Counted from the first letter of the stretch, positions 1 to 12,500 are shown. The stretch: DNA of 64,000 nt from Tubiluchus corallicola (GCA_030141605.1 JAQGDQ010000104.1:555610-619609), one strand, 5' to 3'. Numbers and translations are program-made. The notes: generated from the letters alone by a model not told the origin.

Positions 1-474
1 AATGCGAATAAAGATATATTGAATTTAAGCTTGTTATAATATACCCAGGATAGTATAATAAGTGACGTCATGTACGTAAAATTCTGTGTAAGAATTTTTA
101 TTTAAGATTTTTGCAGAACATTTACATCTCTGGAAAAAACTTTATTACACTTAACTATATATATATATGGTTAGCCCAGTCACATATTAATGAGTATAAA
201 GCACGTTTAGCTATCTGGCACATCTGTTGAACCAAGGCAACAGTTAATAATGTATAAAAATTCTTTTTTACTTTTTTTATATTGTAATTCTGCTTCGAAA
301 AGCATGCAATTTTTCAACTTTCAGCACGAACATTTTCACACAAAAAAGGTTGAGCTGAGTAGAACGATTATCAATCAAAATCAAAAGCGAAATCAAAATC
401 GAAAGTTTAGCTGAGTTGAGCTGAGTAATATTGTCGATCATATCCTAATATTGCGTAATATCAAAATCATTTAC

Positions 475-3400
475 CGGTAACATGTTCGGCGGAAACGCAA
501 AGTGCACAAAACTGCTAGCATCAAGAAAAGTACGTACATGGGCTCCATAAACATGAATCGAGACTGCGTCATCATTGCATTGTCTGTCAATAAAATATTC
601 GATAAAGTAAAGCGTGTTTATGGAAAAGGTTGTAGCCTATAGAGACACGGATCTAAAACCCAAGGCTGAAAATCATCAATAGAAAAAAAATCAAAAACTT
701 ATAGAGGTACATTGAAAGGTCCTGATTTCTTTTTCAAGTTTCTCAATAATTTCTTCTCTTTGTCCAAGAAAGACTAGTAGTTAGTTTGCTGACTAAAATA
801 ACGACATAATAGGGAGACTAATGCAATATAACAATGGGTAATCAGAAAAGTAACTATATTTCAAAAAGGAATTAGCAATATATCACATCAAGAACAGACA
901 AAGATAAAATAAAAAGCTATACAGTTAAGCACACCAAATCTATGCCTACACACTACTGTCATAAAAGGTACAGTGCTATACATAACAAGCTCGAAAATAA
1001 ACAACATGAAGATGGTTGAAATTTTATGAATGATTTATTTATACAAGACAAAAGTCATTGGCCTAGTCTCAAAATAATATTAATCAACCCGTACATAAAT
1101 TAAATACTTCATAACAAATTTTAAATTTGTGTTAATTTTCTATTACATCAATAATACTATAAAAATGAACATTCTCGAACTCATTTCTGACTCAATTCAA
1201 TTCAATTTTCATTCATTTATCTCTTTATAATACTACAATAAAACATGATTAATAAAAGAATCGCTAATAAGTTTTGAAGAATGGTTAAAATGAATAGATA
1301 GATCTAGAACTAGAGAAAGGATAGCGAAAAGACTATAAAGTCTCCTAGTCTGCTATGCTAACTATATTGCATGGAATCACAGGCGGCTTCGGGGTGGGAT
1401 TTAATTGTTTATACGTCATCCTCTTTGATGAAGCACTTGCTCTAACTGAATCTATCAACTTTTCGGTGCTCTTTAGCTAAATAATCCAAGTGACTACCTG
1501 TCAGTAAATTGACAAAACACTTTGCTAGGTTCGCATTCACATTTCTCCCGTTGCACAGAGCAGCATTGCATCAGTGGTTCGTGCTGATTTGCACATTTAT
1601 TAGTTCAAACTGTCCTTAAGTCACAGTTTCTCACATTTCTCACTCTAGCAGCAGAACATCAAGAAATGTTCAAAAAATACTAAAAATCTAATTTTATAAC
1701 CCTGTACCCACTTCGCTGGTTAGAAATTGTACTGCAATTGTAAAAAAAACTTGTATTTTAAACTCCAGTAGTATCTAGTGGAAGCAGTAATTTTGCTTCA
1801 GGTTTTTTCTGTTGCCAAGCCCAGATCTTTGTCAAGAGAAGCCACCTACTGGATTTAAACATAACTTCAATGTGCTTGTGAGGTGCGTTTTGCTAATTTT
1901 GATAGTAAATTGCTTGCTTGGCTTGCATTACTGTGGTTCTTTCATTTCATCATCTCCTCACCCCTGTCTCTTAAAATGGTATGTACTTACCTGTTGGAGT
2001 GCTTCGTTTGCTTATGCAGAAAAAGCAATACCTGTTCTGGATAGTTGAGTTGATACTGTTCACTGGTACAGACGTTCATTGTTGGTCTGACCAGTAGGCA
2101 TGTTCCTGCATACCTGTAGTTAACGTATTTGTCTGGAAAGGCTGGTACACGATCTGTGATGTAACTTCTTTACCATGGAGAACTGAGCTAAGTGTTGTTT
2201 TGGCCAGAAGGACAGTGTTCCTGTTGCATAGCCTGTCTTACTCATTCTCGCTGCTGTTACATGGTTTGAAGAGCTGGTCAAGCCACAGAAGTGTGATGTT
2301 ATTCCATTCCAGTCACCTGTTGGTACGTTGGTGTTGTAGACTACAAGAGGGTTGCTGGAAGTTGTTGATTAGCTGTCGTCATCTGCATTGTTATGGCTCA
2401 TGGAGGATTGTCATGTTGCCGGCGTCAGCGTTGTCATTGTGGGACGATCGTCAAGTTGTGCACAACATCGTCATGAACATTCAGATAAGTTATGCGCATT
2501 CATTTTCCTATCCTCGTCTTTCCTTGGGGGTTTTCACAGCAAGCCACTAGTAGTAATTCTGAGCTCTTATTGTTGATGTACTCTTCTTTTGTAATAATTA
2601 TAGCTTTAAAATTTATGTTTCATCTTGTTTTGTTTTCAACTAAAAAGCCTTAAAAAACAGCAGACGAACCCGTGAAAATACATGTAGTATATTTTCCTGA
2701 TCATTATATAAAAATTAGGAATGCAATAGCCCTCAAAACGTTACAATGGTGGCAGTAGTTATTTTGTTTTTAACCAAATAACCCACGGCACGTTACAATG
2801 GCGGCAGCGGTTACAAAACGTTACAGTGCTCTTGCAAATGAAAATTTGTTTGGTTGCTATGTGTTTTCTGGAATCACGACGAAAAACAATGGCTGACTTT
2901 AACAACGACTCTCTCAAGATCATGTTTTTCAGTGCACAGTGTGCACCTCAATTTCAACGTGCATTAGCTCAGCTTAGAAATAACACAAAGCGATGAACTT
3001 GGTATCAAAATGATCCTCGTGAAATAGAATGTTAATTGCCGACTTATGGATGATTTTGCTATGCAAGCACACAATTACTCATTCAATCTTACATTCAAAA
3101 TAGTAACAATTAAATGACAAATGGTGTGTAAAGGCTTTGGTAACTGTACATACCAAATATTACTAACATTGCAGCAATGCAGGCAGACCAAAAACTACAG
3201 TTGAGTTCTAACATTATGTAGAACATTGCAGGAATGATGAAACCTCCACATACAGCAGGTATTAGCCTCATGTGCCATACTGGAACGTTAGCTGTATATT
3301 CTACAGGAAAAAATATGAAAAATATTAAAATTTTGTCAACAAAAACTCGATTTCATAACTATCTTGCATTTACAAAACTAAGCCCATTCATTTTTGTTCT

Positions 3401-6039
3401 GTTTAATTTCGCTAATACTGAGTGGAGTGGTCACGGTGTGCGTTTGCCAATCAAAGTTAATCAATACCAACTTCGATCAATAAACACAAGACAAAAATAT
3501 TGCCGTCACTGACAGAAAATGTATATACTAGGACACATATGAATGAGAACTAAGACACTTCTACTGGTTCAATGCCCCATTCCAATAGATTATCGTTGAG
3601 CTAGATCCCAGTCTTACTACAACCACTTGCGTATTTAATAGGCTCTGTCAGTGCATGTTAGACACCAGCCTACAGTGCTAAATAGTGCTAAAATGGTTTA
3701 TCTAAGCCTATTTAAAACAAAAGAAACATAGACAAACATATATACAGTAGGAGCCACTCAAGTCACTCACTTTGGGACCGAAGTGTTTTGACCCAATTAA
3801 CTGATTGAACCTATCAGAAATTCTAACGCAACTGGTTAACATATTCAAAGCAAAACTGCTATGCTACAGTATTAGCGCACGATAAGCCTACTTGCTTACA
3901 AATAAAACGGTTCTTAACATGATTGTGTCCTCATATATTATAGTGCACAAAAGCAAAGCAAAGATGACATGAAAGTAGGAAAGGCTGTTTGGGCACATAC
4001 AAATGTCTTATTTTAAGGATCTGAAGGAAAATATTGAGTCAATTATGCGGAGTTATTTGAGTCAATTACCGACAGTTTTTATGTACATTTGAATAGGAGC
4101 CGCCGTACCAGACGTTTTTGAGTCAATTCGGCAATTGAGTCTGTTAACCGTGAGTCTATTAAGCGGCGCCTACTGTATTCTGTATATATACAGACTACAC
4201 ATATATATATATACAGTGTTCTCTCGCTACTTTGCGGTTCGTTTATCGCGGACTCACTGTTTTGCGGGTTTTCAAAAATATTAGTGTAAAATATTTATCG
4301 TGGTATTTTCGCTGTTTTGTGGGTTTTTGTGGTACTCCGTCTAAAATATTTTTGCACATGCGTAGTATGTCTTGTACAGTAATGATGAATTTCGCATAAA
4401 AAATCACAAAATGTAAAAAAAGGTACAGTATGGGAAAAGTGTACAGTATGGGAAAAGTTATTAAGGGAATGGGAAAAGGTTATGTATAAGATTGTGGGGA
4501 GGGTTTATAAAGACTAAAAATAAACTACTAAAATAAGTATAGCATCCCTACTTCACGGAGATTCACTTATCGTGGGTGGGCCTGGAACGGAACACCCGCG
4601 ATAAATAAGGGAACACTGTATATATATATTTATATAGTTATATATATATATTTATAAGTCATCATCAATTATGTTGTTTTCGTGAATAATTTAATCCAAG
4701 AATAAAAAAACACTACCAATACCTCCGCCAATTCTTTCAAATGTGTAGTTTCCATCAAAACCACCTGTCCAAGCTAAAAAAGAAAAGCAATTTATATCCA
4801 ATTTGCTGGTAAAGTTAAGTATGATGGTTTTATACATAACAACAATATTATCTTTTTTTACACGTTTTCATAAAAACAGTTGTTGAAAATATCGCACATA
4901 CCTCCGAGAGCAATTAACTGCTTTCCTAGCGGCGGCTGAGCATCAAAGAAAAAGATATTTCTCAGATACATTGCGGCATATTTTCCGAAATGAAGCTCGT
5001 CAAACCTACAGAACAAAATGTAGAAAACGGGATAATACAAAGAAAACATAGTTACATAATTGTTAAATTATAGAAGCGATTATGAAATAACTGTCAAATA
5101 TAATTTGTTTATAACTAGGGATGGCAGGAATTTGAAATTACAGCACTGTATCTCATATTACAATAATTTTTGAATCTGGATTAAATCCAAATCATAGCTT
5201 AAAATAATTTTCTAATCTAGCAGTTTAAATCATAATTGTAATGCATGCTTTCACATCGTGAGCTTGACACATACTGAAACTAAATATGGCAATATTTACT
5301 GATTTCAAGTAGGGCAAAATTACCAAAAGGTAAGAAGTGTATAAGTGCTTTTGTAATGCTAAGTGCTACCGAATTGCCTATGCAGCAGATGCTAAAGTAA
5401 TCTTTTTTTTAAAAAAACTCTGCCACATTTTGGATCAGATCTAAGGTGACACAGATATTCAGGAAATCAAACTGTATCAAAGGACCGATTGGATTCGGTT
5501 TTGAAATTCCATTTCTGGCATTGTTTTGAGACATCCTTATTTCACACGCTTAATGCAGGGAAATGAACGATGATACTGTTGGTGATATGGTGATAATTAT
5601 GTAAGTGCTACTAAATTTAGTGTTCACATGTTTAGTTCATGATATTTTTAGTTTTATCTTCAAAATATTTCTCTAATTTGACTTTCGGAGCTTCTTTATC
5701 TTTTTGCCTATCAAATGACACTTTTGGCAAATGCAGTTGATGTCATTCTGGGAGATTATAACTGAAAAACATGAAAACTGCTTACACTATGGCATTTGGA
5801 TAAGTTAAATTCCACAATCGTGTAGCCACGCCCAAAGCAAATAACAATGTCTGCACCAATAACGTATGATGTCTTGAGTTGCTGATGTTATCTACATTCA
5901 GAGTCTTGCTTTCCCTAGATTCCTCACTGTATTCTGACAAGTTATCATTCACATTCTTGCTTTTTCTACATTGTTTTCTGGGTTGTTTTACATTGTCATT
6001 TACAGTCTTGCTTTTCATAGCTGGCCCTCTGGATTCCAT
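475..6039 (-). CDS. POMT1: Protein O-mannosyltransferase 1, 5' part (continues beyond window start)
   Basis: Exons 6039-5786, 5005-4902, 4773-4723, 3300-3154 and 583-475 join in frame via GT-AG: ...GVATRLWNLTYPNAIV|FDELHFGKYAAMYLRNIFFFDAQPPLGKQLIALG|AWTGGFDGNYTFERIGG|EYTANVPVWHMRLIPA...|DNAMMTQSRFMFMEP. This has the PMT DE motif and matches the POMT1/rotated-abdomen subfamily. Start ATG (6039 or 6018) is uncertain. Confidence 0.93.
1190..1358 (-). mobile_element. LINE 3'-end remnant (hairpin plus (ATTGA)n-like tail)
   Basis: Minus strand reads GCATAGC-AGACT-AGGA-GACT-TTAT-AGTC-TTTTC-GCTATCC, then a tail ...AATTGAATTGAATTGAG, the same layout as the 3' end of the LINE at 6392-8235. Confidence 0.6.
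3745..4175. mobile_element. Non-autonomous Tc1/mariner-pogo-type element (MITE)
   Basis: TA|CAGTAGGAGCCACTCAA ... TTAAGCGGCGCCTACTG|TA imperfect TIRs with TA TSD; internal GAGTCAATT repeats. Confidence 0.75.
4214..4618. mobile_element. Tigger/pogo-like MITE
   Basis: TA|CAGTGTTCTCTCGCT ... ATAAGGGAACACTG|TA TIRs, inserted in an (AT)n run. Confidence 0.8.
5116..5539. mobile_element. Possible degenerate hAT-like MITE
   Basis: TAGGGATG ... CATCCTTA ends; only a partial 8-bp flanking match. Confidence 0.3.
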
Positions 6040-6391
6040 TAGGTCGATATTCACATTACAGCTTATTATACTCTGGACTAAGTTGTCCTCATTCACATTC
6101 TTGGCTTTTCGGATTGTTCTCTAGACTCTGCTATAACATTAACGTTTTTGTTTTTTCTGATGTGTTCCCTGGACTCTATCGTTTTAACTTGAAAATCTGA
6201 AGTTGTTAGCAATATCCGACACACAAAGTAGAACTATCTGAAACAAAATCCTAAAATCGTAAATTAAAGCAGACTAAATCATCTGCTTGTAAGTGTAGTC
6301 ACTTTAGCTTTGCATTTGACAGCAGTTAGTGCGCACAGAATGTTATACTTCCATTTTTAGAAGAGGCGACGAAAACGTTGCACAGGCATAA

Positions 6392-8235
6392 TATTGAATA
6401 TTGATAAGGGGAAAACTACTTGTGCTATATTTTTAGATTTATCGAAAGCATTCGACACGGTACAACATGACATTTTGTTATATAAGTTATCATACTATGG
6501 TATCAGGGGACGTCCTCTTGCGCTTTTCACGTCTTACCTTACTAATAGGAAACAGTTTACGTCTATTGACTCATCGGAATCTAAACTTGCTGATATAACC
6601 TGTGGTGTCCCACAGGGTTCTACATTGGGTCCATTGTTATTTCTTTTATATATTAACGATCTGCCATCCTGTTCGCAATTTAACACCAGATTGTTTGCAG
6701 ACGATACAAACTTATTTTTATCACACCAAAATATCAAAACATTAGAACATTCAGTAAATGTAGAACTGGACAATATTAATAAATGGATGCAAGCAAATAA
6801 GCTATCGATAAATTATAAAAAAACAAAATATATGTTAATTGGAAACAAGCAACATAACAATAGTTTAAACATAAATATGGGAGGTTGTACTATTCAATCT
6901 ACACAAGAAATCAAATATCTTGGTATATTTATAGATAGTAGAATTACTTGGAAAACACATGTTCAGCATATAGTCAACAAAATTAGCAAATTAAGTGGAG
7001 TATTAGCTAGAATACGACACTACATAAATGTAGATGCACTACGGCTCTTATATTCTTCTCTTGTCATGCCATATCTGAGTTATGGCATTCTCGCCTGGGG
7101 TAGTGCTTCAGCATCGGTCTTAAAATCATTGGTTTCTAAACAAAACAAGATTATCAAACTTATAACATTTACTAGCAAAAGGGAACATGTAACACCTTTG
7201 TATTTGCAACTAAATCTACTAAAAGTTCATGATCTGTATAAATTAGAATTGCTCAAGTTTGTACATAAATTCAAAAATAATTCACGTCCAGATCTCTTCA
7301 GCAATTATTATACTTTAGCATGTCACATGCATCACCACTCTACTAGGTTTGCTACAACCCAATCTTATTTTATTGAAAGATTCAACTCATCTAAAGGCCA
7401 GAATTCTTTAAAACACCAAGGATCTTTGCTGTGGAATTCATTACCAGACCAGTTAAAGTCCAGTAACTACAAAAAGTTAATTTTAAACTATAAAAAACAA
7501 CTTATTGCAGGATACAAATAAATGAGACATTTTGCTTATATACTTGTAATACTATACATATTTTTTTCATTGCTACGACACTTAAAGATTTTGTTTAAGT
7601 TTTTGTTATATTTTGATTTCATTTTGTCTGATTTACAGTTGAAATAGTTTTTCGATGGTTTAATTTATTATATTTTCTTTCTCGACAAATTCAGTCATTG
7701 ATGTTATTATTACAACATTTCAGTTTTGTTTTTCTTATTTGCTTCTGTTTCTTGTTTTGTTTTGTATGATTTATATTTGCCTTATTTTTCCTTGGTTTAA
7801 TTTATTATATTTTTTTCTCGACAGCTTTGGTTGATCATTCTACTGTTTTTTTGTTTTTTTTGCCGGATTTTTTAGTTAATGCTCAAATTATGCATATTCT
7901 GTTATCTTAAAAATCTCAAGTTATTTTTATTGTGTTTGCTTCGCATGATTCATAGTATTTTAGAATTGTAAATCTTTCGTTATTTAAACTATATGTTCTA
8001 CAGTATTACGATACCTATCATTCAATTGCCAAATTAACACACATCAACCGAATACAAATTTAAATTGATAACGACGCCATAATTAAGTTTATTTAATCAT
8101 AACTATTTAAGGGTGGCTGACTTGATAACCTACGGGTTCTTCGCTGCCCTTCTCCTTTGCTTTAAAATATTCCATGTAGTCTTTATACTGTATTTTTATC
8201 GTTCTAACGGAGATAATAAATAATTGAATTGAATT
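6392..8235 (+). mobile_element. 5'-truncated non-LTR retrotransposon (L2/CR1 group, Crack/Daphne-like)
   Basis: RT ORF, ~700-nt T-rich 3' UTR, hairpin at 8111-8149, AATAAA and (ATTGA)n tail; flanked by GCATAA at 6386-6391 and 8236-8241 (candidate TSD). Confidence 0.92.
6394..7521 (+). pseudogene. Reverse transcriptase ORF2 fragment (uninterrupted 375 codons, N-terminus missing)
   Basis: Motifs FLDLSKAFDTV, GVPQGSTLGPLLFLLYINDL, LFADD, KYLG and C-terminal LWNSLP; no endonuclease domain and no ATG start, consistent with 5' truncation. Confidence 0.92.
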
Positions 8236-9748
8236 GCATAAGACCTTAGTCAACGCCCGTTAAAGTAAATTAATTAAATTTACATAATTTCGTCTCTTTT
8301 GTAACATCTCCTGTTTTATTTATAATTTAACAAAGCATTAAACTACACTATCAAGTCCAGTTTACAAAAAAGCGCAAATTTATTTTTAGAAATTCTACAC
8401 GTGAGGATGGTGCCAAGAGGAGAAATCAGTGTTAAAGTTAACTGACACGACCAACATCTGCGACCGCGAGAGGAAGATAACAGTTCCATTTCCAGAACTA
8501 GAACTCGAACTACAACAATGAATGAGCAAAAATAACAGCATAATATCATCATCATAATGCTTTCTACTTCTACTGTATGTACCGGGCAGGCAGAATTGAA
8601 AATAAAAGCCAAGTAAACACAGCAGCAATCCAACAAAAAACTACACACTGCTATGCCAGTACTTCTCAGTACCAATTAAGTTAACAACAACAACACTACA
8701 CTTTGGCTCCACCATTTTGCAAATAAAACACTGTCTTGTAGACTGTGAGACCTATAGTCAAATCTACTCGATGGTTATTAGTTATTTTATTTATTTATTA
8801 TATATATCCACAATGATCATTATAGCATTGTACATAAAAGTATTTAATAACATATTTGTTATTATGTACACAAGATGCCAAGCCACAAATGACCCGTGGG
8901 GTACTCAAGAAGTAATTATTTGTTTAGAGCACCTCAAATGAATGTGGATTGAGTGTAATAGAAAAGAGCAGTAAATGAGTAGAAAGAAAGGTTAATAGAG
9001 AATAGAAAGAGGAGAAAGATGTGATGGTATCTGTATGAAGTAACGCGAACTATAGAAATGTAAAAATTGACATAGTTATTACCACTCGATCAAGTCTAGC
9101 ATGTTGTTAACTAAAATCAAGGCAGAACTAGGTAAATAACATGTAATCGTGTTGATGCTGATGCCCAGTAATGCATCATTCGACTTCTGTAATTCTTTTT
9201 TCACAGCAGAAAATCAACTTCAATTATTGTCTCTTGATATTTAGATGACTATTATTGATCATTTACATTTTTGTATGGGCTGATGAGAATTTTGAGAATA
9301 ATTGATGAGAAAGGTATAAAAATACCATATATAAGTATATGGCAGGGGAGAGAAGTATTCACAAATTGAAGTTCCATGGCTTCTTATATGCTACCCCAAG
9401 TGAACTATTTTTTCATCTACAAATTTGGACCTTAAACAGCGATTATAGTGTTACCAATTCATTTACAACACATTTTTTTAGAACTGTAAAACGGTTGCAG
9501 TAGTACCAATTCAATAAGCACCACTAATTTTTTTTACTGTTAGTTACAATAGAAACTGACAAATTTTTCTATAAGCAGAAGTGTATTATTCAATTTTAAT
9601 ACATGTGCTGGACAAACTGATCACAGTTGCTTTACTAACTATTTTTAACATATATTCTTGAGCACACTATACCAAAACATGTGCTTAATTAACATTAAAA
9701 CATAAAGTACAATGACCAGTTTATGATGATATGTAACAATATAATATA

Positions 9749-10204
9749 CAGTTAACCTTGGATATAAGGGACACCACGGGAGACACCACTTATATCCGAA
9801 GTTCAGTCAGACCGAGGGCGTATCTAGACCTGTATATTTCTGTACTTTACTCATATTTTTATGGATTATTGCTACACATTCAGTGCAAACGGTATGTAAG
9901 AAGCTCCTTCAGTGATGCGAGATGTATGTGATCACGGAAACCGAGCTGTTCGAAGGCCGAGTTTGCGAAAATTGAGGTTAAAAACTGATCAATTTCGCTT
10001 TGATCACATGGTCCCTTATATCCGATAATTTACCAGGGTTTCTATTAGGCGGGACGTAAAGATATCGTCCCTTATAACCGAAAGTCCCTTATATCCGAAG
10101 ATTTTTGCATAGGAGAAATGTTAAGAAAAATCGGGACTAGTGTTGATTGTCCCTTATAGGCGAGTGTCCCTTATAAGCGAGTACCTTATACCCGAGGTTG
10201 ACTG
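9749..10204. mobile_element. Tigger/pogo-like MITE (family also at 17776-17931 and 61137-61629)
   Basis: TA|CAGTTAACCTTGGATATAAGGGAC ... CCTTATACCCGAGGTTGACTG|TA; internal CCCTTATATCCGA repeats; inverted full copy at 61137-61629. Confidence 0.85.
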
Positions 10205-10424
10205 TATCACCTTATAATAGTGTATCTTTGTACAACATAAAATCAATAGATCCTGGAAAATAATTCCTAAAGTAACTGTTTAACATTACAGTACATCAGT
10301 TATTTTAGTGGTTAAAAGGACTTAGTGTTTCTTTGTAATATTATAAACAGCAGAAACTTGCTTCAGAAATTGTTTACAAATTGTTTAGAACATAATAAAA
10401 AATGCACACAAAATACACACATCA

Positions 10425-12074
10425 TCAGTCGTAAGCAAGTTTAAAGCTTCTTTCCTGTTCCTTCCGTCTGGTGTCGTACAGTTTTCCAACTTCATCCACT
10501 TTCCTTCGGAGCAAGGCCGTGTTTTCATCTACCCATTGCAATGAATCCATATGGGCATTCAGAATTTTTGTAATCTGCCGCATTGGGTTGTCTGCATCTT
10601 GGCTTTCATTTGTTCTATTGAGATGGTCAATGATTTCTTTTAGATCACTCACCATTCTCTTCAACTGTCCATCTATGTTTTCAGCCAACTGATATGTGTG
10701 TTCCCTTTCCAGATCTGCATGCTGGGGGTAAGAAAGAGCAGGCTGCTCTTCAACAGATTTTTCAAGATTCACCAGCATGTTTTCCAGCTCCTTCTGTTCA
10801 GCCAAAATAAAATCTAGTTCATGATCTAGTCTTTGTTGATCTAATTTTACTTTCTCTACATTTGCATTCAACTGTGTGATCTTTTCACCATTATCTATGA
10901 GGACGCGATCCCATGTGTTTATCAGAGTGGCTTGATTCAAGAAACTTTTTTCCTGTTCTTCCAATTCCAAAGTCCATTTATTAATGCATTCTTCCAACTG
11001 TCGGTAGTTCATTGCTGGTGGAACAGTGGCAGTAGATGTTACTGTGGCTGTAGTGAGAGCAACTGTGGTCGTAACAGGTGCACATGTGACAGCAAAAGTC
11101 AATGCAACTGTCGGTTTCGGTGCGGAAGTTGTTTGAAATGTGGGCTGCACAGTGGGTGCTGTAGATGTTGCCTGCAAGCTCAAAGGTTGCACTTCTGCTG
11201 CTGGAGTGGTCTTGGGCATTCCATATGTAGCTACTGTAGTGGATGCAGTGACTGATACGTCCTTACTTGCCGCAGTCGGTAGACCTATTGATGTTGTAGT
11301 CTCTAACCTAAGACCAACCGTAACTGGCGTACCAGTAAAGCCGCTTCCCAATTGGAATCCTGTACCTGCTGATGTAGATGGCGTACTTAGCAAAAAACCA
11401 GTGTTAGGTGCACTCGCAACAGTGGATGTAGTAGAAAAAGCATTCTCTGTAGCTCCTGTAGTCTGAGCCGAAACGTTTGGTGCCACAGCTGCTTGGTTAA
11501 AATTTAGTGTAGGTGCTGCCTGAATAGTTTGTAATCCCAATGCTGAAGTTCCTGGTGCCACTGCAGTAGGAGTGACAGCTGAACTAGTAAAACTGAATCC
11601 AGTACTTGGAGTTTGCTTGATCCCAAATGAAAATCCACCACTATCTGCTGGTTTGGTCGGTGCGTTTCCAAAATTGGAAGAAAATAATCCACCAGTAGGT
11701 TGTGTAGTTGAAGAAACACTGGCACTGCCCAATGCAAACCCAGTAAAGCTCTGAGTTGCTGGTTTTGTCAAACCAGCTCCAAGTTGAAAACTCTGAGTTG
11801 CTGGTGTTGTCAAGCCAGCCCCTAGTTGAAAACCACTAACACTCTGTGACTGGACGTTAGCTGGTTTTGGAGCACTGAACTGAAAACTACCAGGTGTTAC
11901 TGCAGAACTCACTGAGGTACTAGCGCCAAATTGAAAACTAGTTGAAGAAGAGCCAATGCTCTGTGCTGCTGGCATTGTACTGGCTCCGAACTGAAAACCA
12001 CTAACAGCACTGGTAGTCTGTGGAACTGTTGAAGGCGTTCCAAATGTAAACCCCCCTTGCTGTTGTGAAGCCAT
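10425..12074 (-). CDS. NUP62: Nuclear pore glycoprotein p62 (single-exon CDS, 549 aa)
   Basis: N-terminal FG/GFxFG repeats, Thr/Ala-rich linker, C-terminal Nsp1-like coiled coil (YRQLEECINKWTLELEEQEKSF...WDRVLIDNGEKI...LNAHMDSLQWVD). Confidence 0.97.
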   Translation of the reverse strand: MASQQQGGFTFGTPSTVPQTTSAVSGFQFGASTMPAAQSIGSSSTSFQFGASTSVSSAVTPGSFQFSAPKPANVQSQSVSGFQLGAGLTTPATQSFQLGAGLTKPATQSFTGFALGSASVSSTTQPTGGLFSSNFGNAPTKPADSGGFSFGIKQTPSTGFSFTSSAVTPTAVAPGTSALGLQTIQAAPTLNFNQAAVAPNVSAQTTGATENAFSTTSTVASAPNTGFLLSTPSTSAGTGFQLGSGFTGTPVTVGLRLETTTSIGLPTAASKDVSVTASTTVATYGMPKTTPAAEVQPLSLQATSTAPTVQPTFQTTSAPKPTVALTFAVTCAPVTTTVALTTATVTSTATVPPAMNYRQLEECINKWTLELEEQEKSFLNQATLINTWDRVLIDNGEKITQLNANVEKVKLDQQRLDHELDFILAEQKELENMLVNLEKSVEEQPALSYPQHADLEREHTYQLAENIDGQLKRMVSDLKEIIDHLNRTNESQDADNPMRQITKILNAHMDSLQWVDENTALLRRKVDEVGKLYDTRRKEQERSFKLAYD

Positions 12075-12500
12075 AACGTGATATTATTCGGCAGTCAAGA
12101 AGATGGCATAAAAATCTAAGAGCGACAGAATTTCTACAGAAACATTCTTGAAACAATTCGCGCAAAAAAGCGACGAATACGACAAGCAATAAGGGAAATC
12201 GACTCAGATCGTTAAAACGCACACTAAACGGCGAGGATTTCTACGTTCCCATCACTGACTATCTGAGTGATACCGCGTGACATACGTGGTCTGCAGCAGC
12301 CAGCTGTTAGGTTGTTGCTTTCAAAGTGGTGGTTAGTGAGCGAGTCTTATTCGTCACGTTTGTGACGATGATGATACCACACGAAGAGATTCATAATCCA
12401 TTAGGATGTCTCTAGATATTGATTATTAAAAGCATCGGCGTCGATTGATCAGGACAGCTGTTTAGCATTTTGACAACCATAACCGATGGTAACAGTGAGC
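12075..12500. promoter_or_regulatory. Probable bidirectional promoter and 5' UTRs between NUP62 and the Eph-like gene
   Basis: Locally CpG-richer segment directly upstream of the NUP62 ATG; the + strand gene has a splice acceptor at 13471 upstream of its ATG, so it needs a non-coding first exon here. Inference. Confidence 0.45.

Noticed and set aside
10471-12222. Short ORFs overlapping NUP62
   Set aside because: Antisense or alternate-frame shadows of a long low-complexity CDS.
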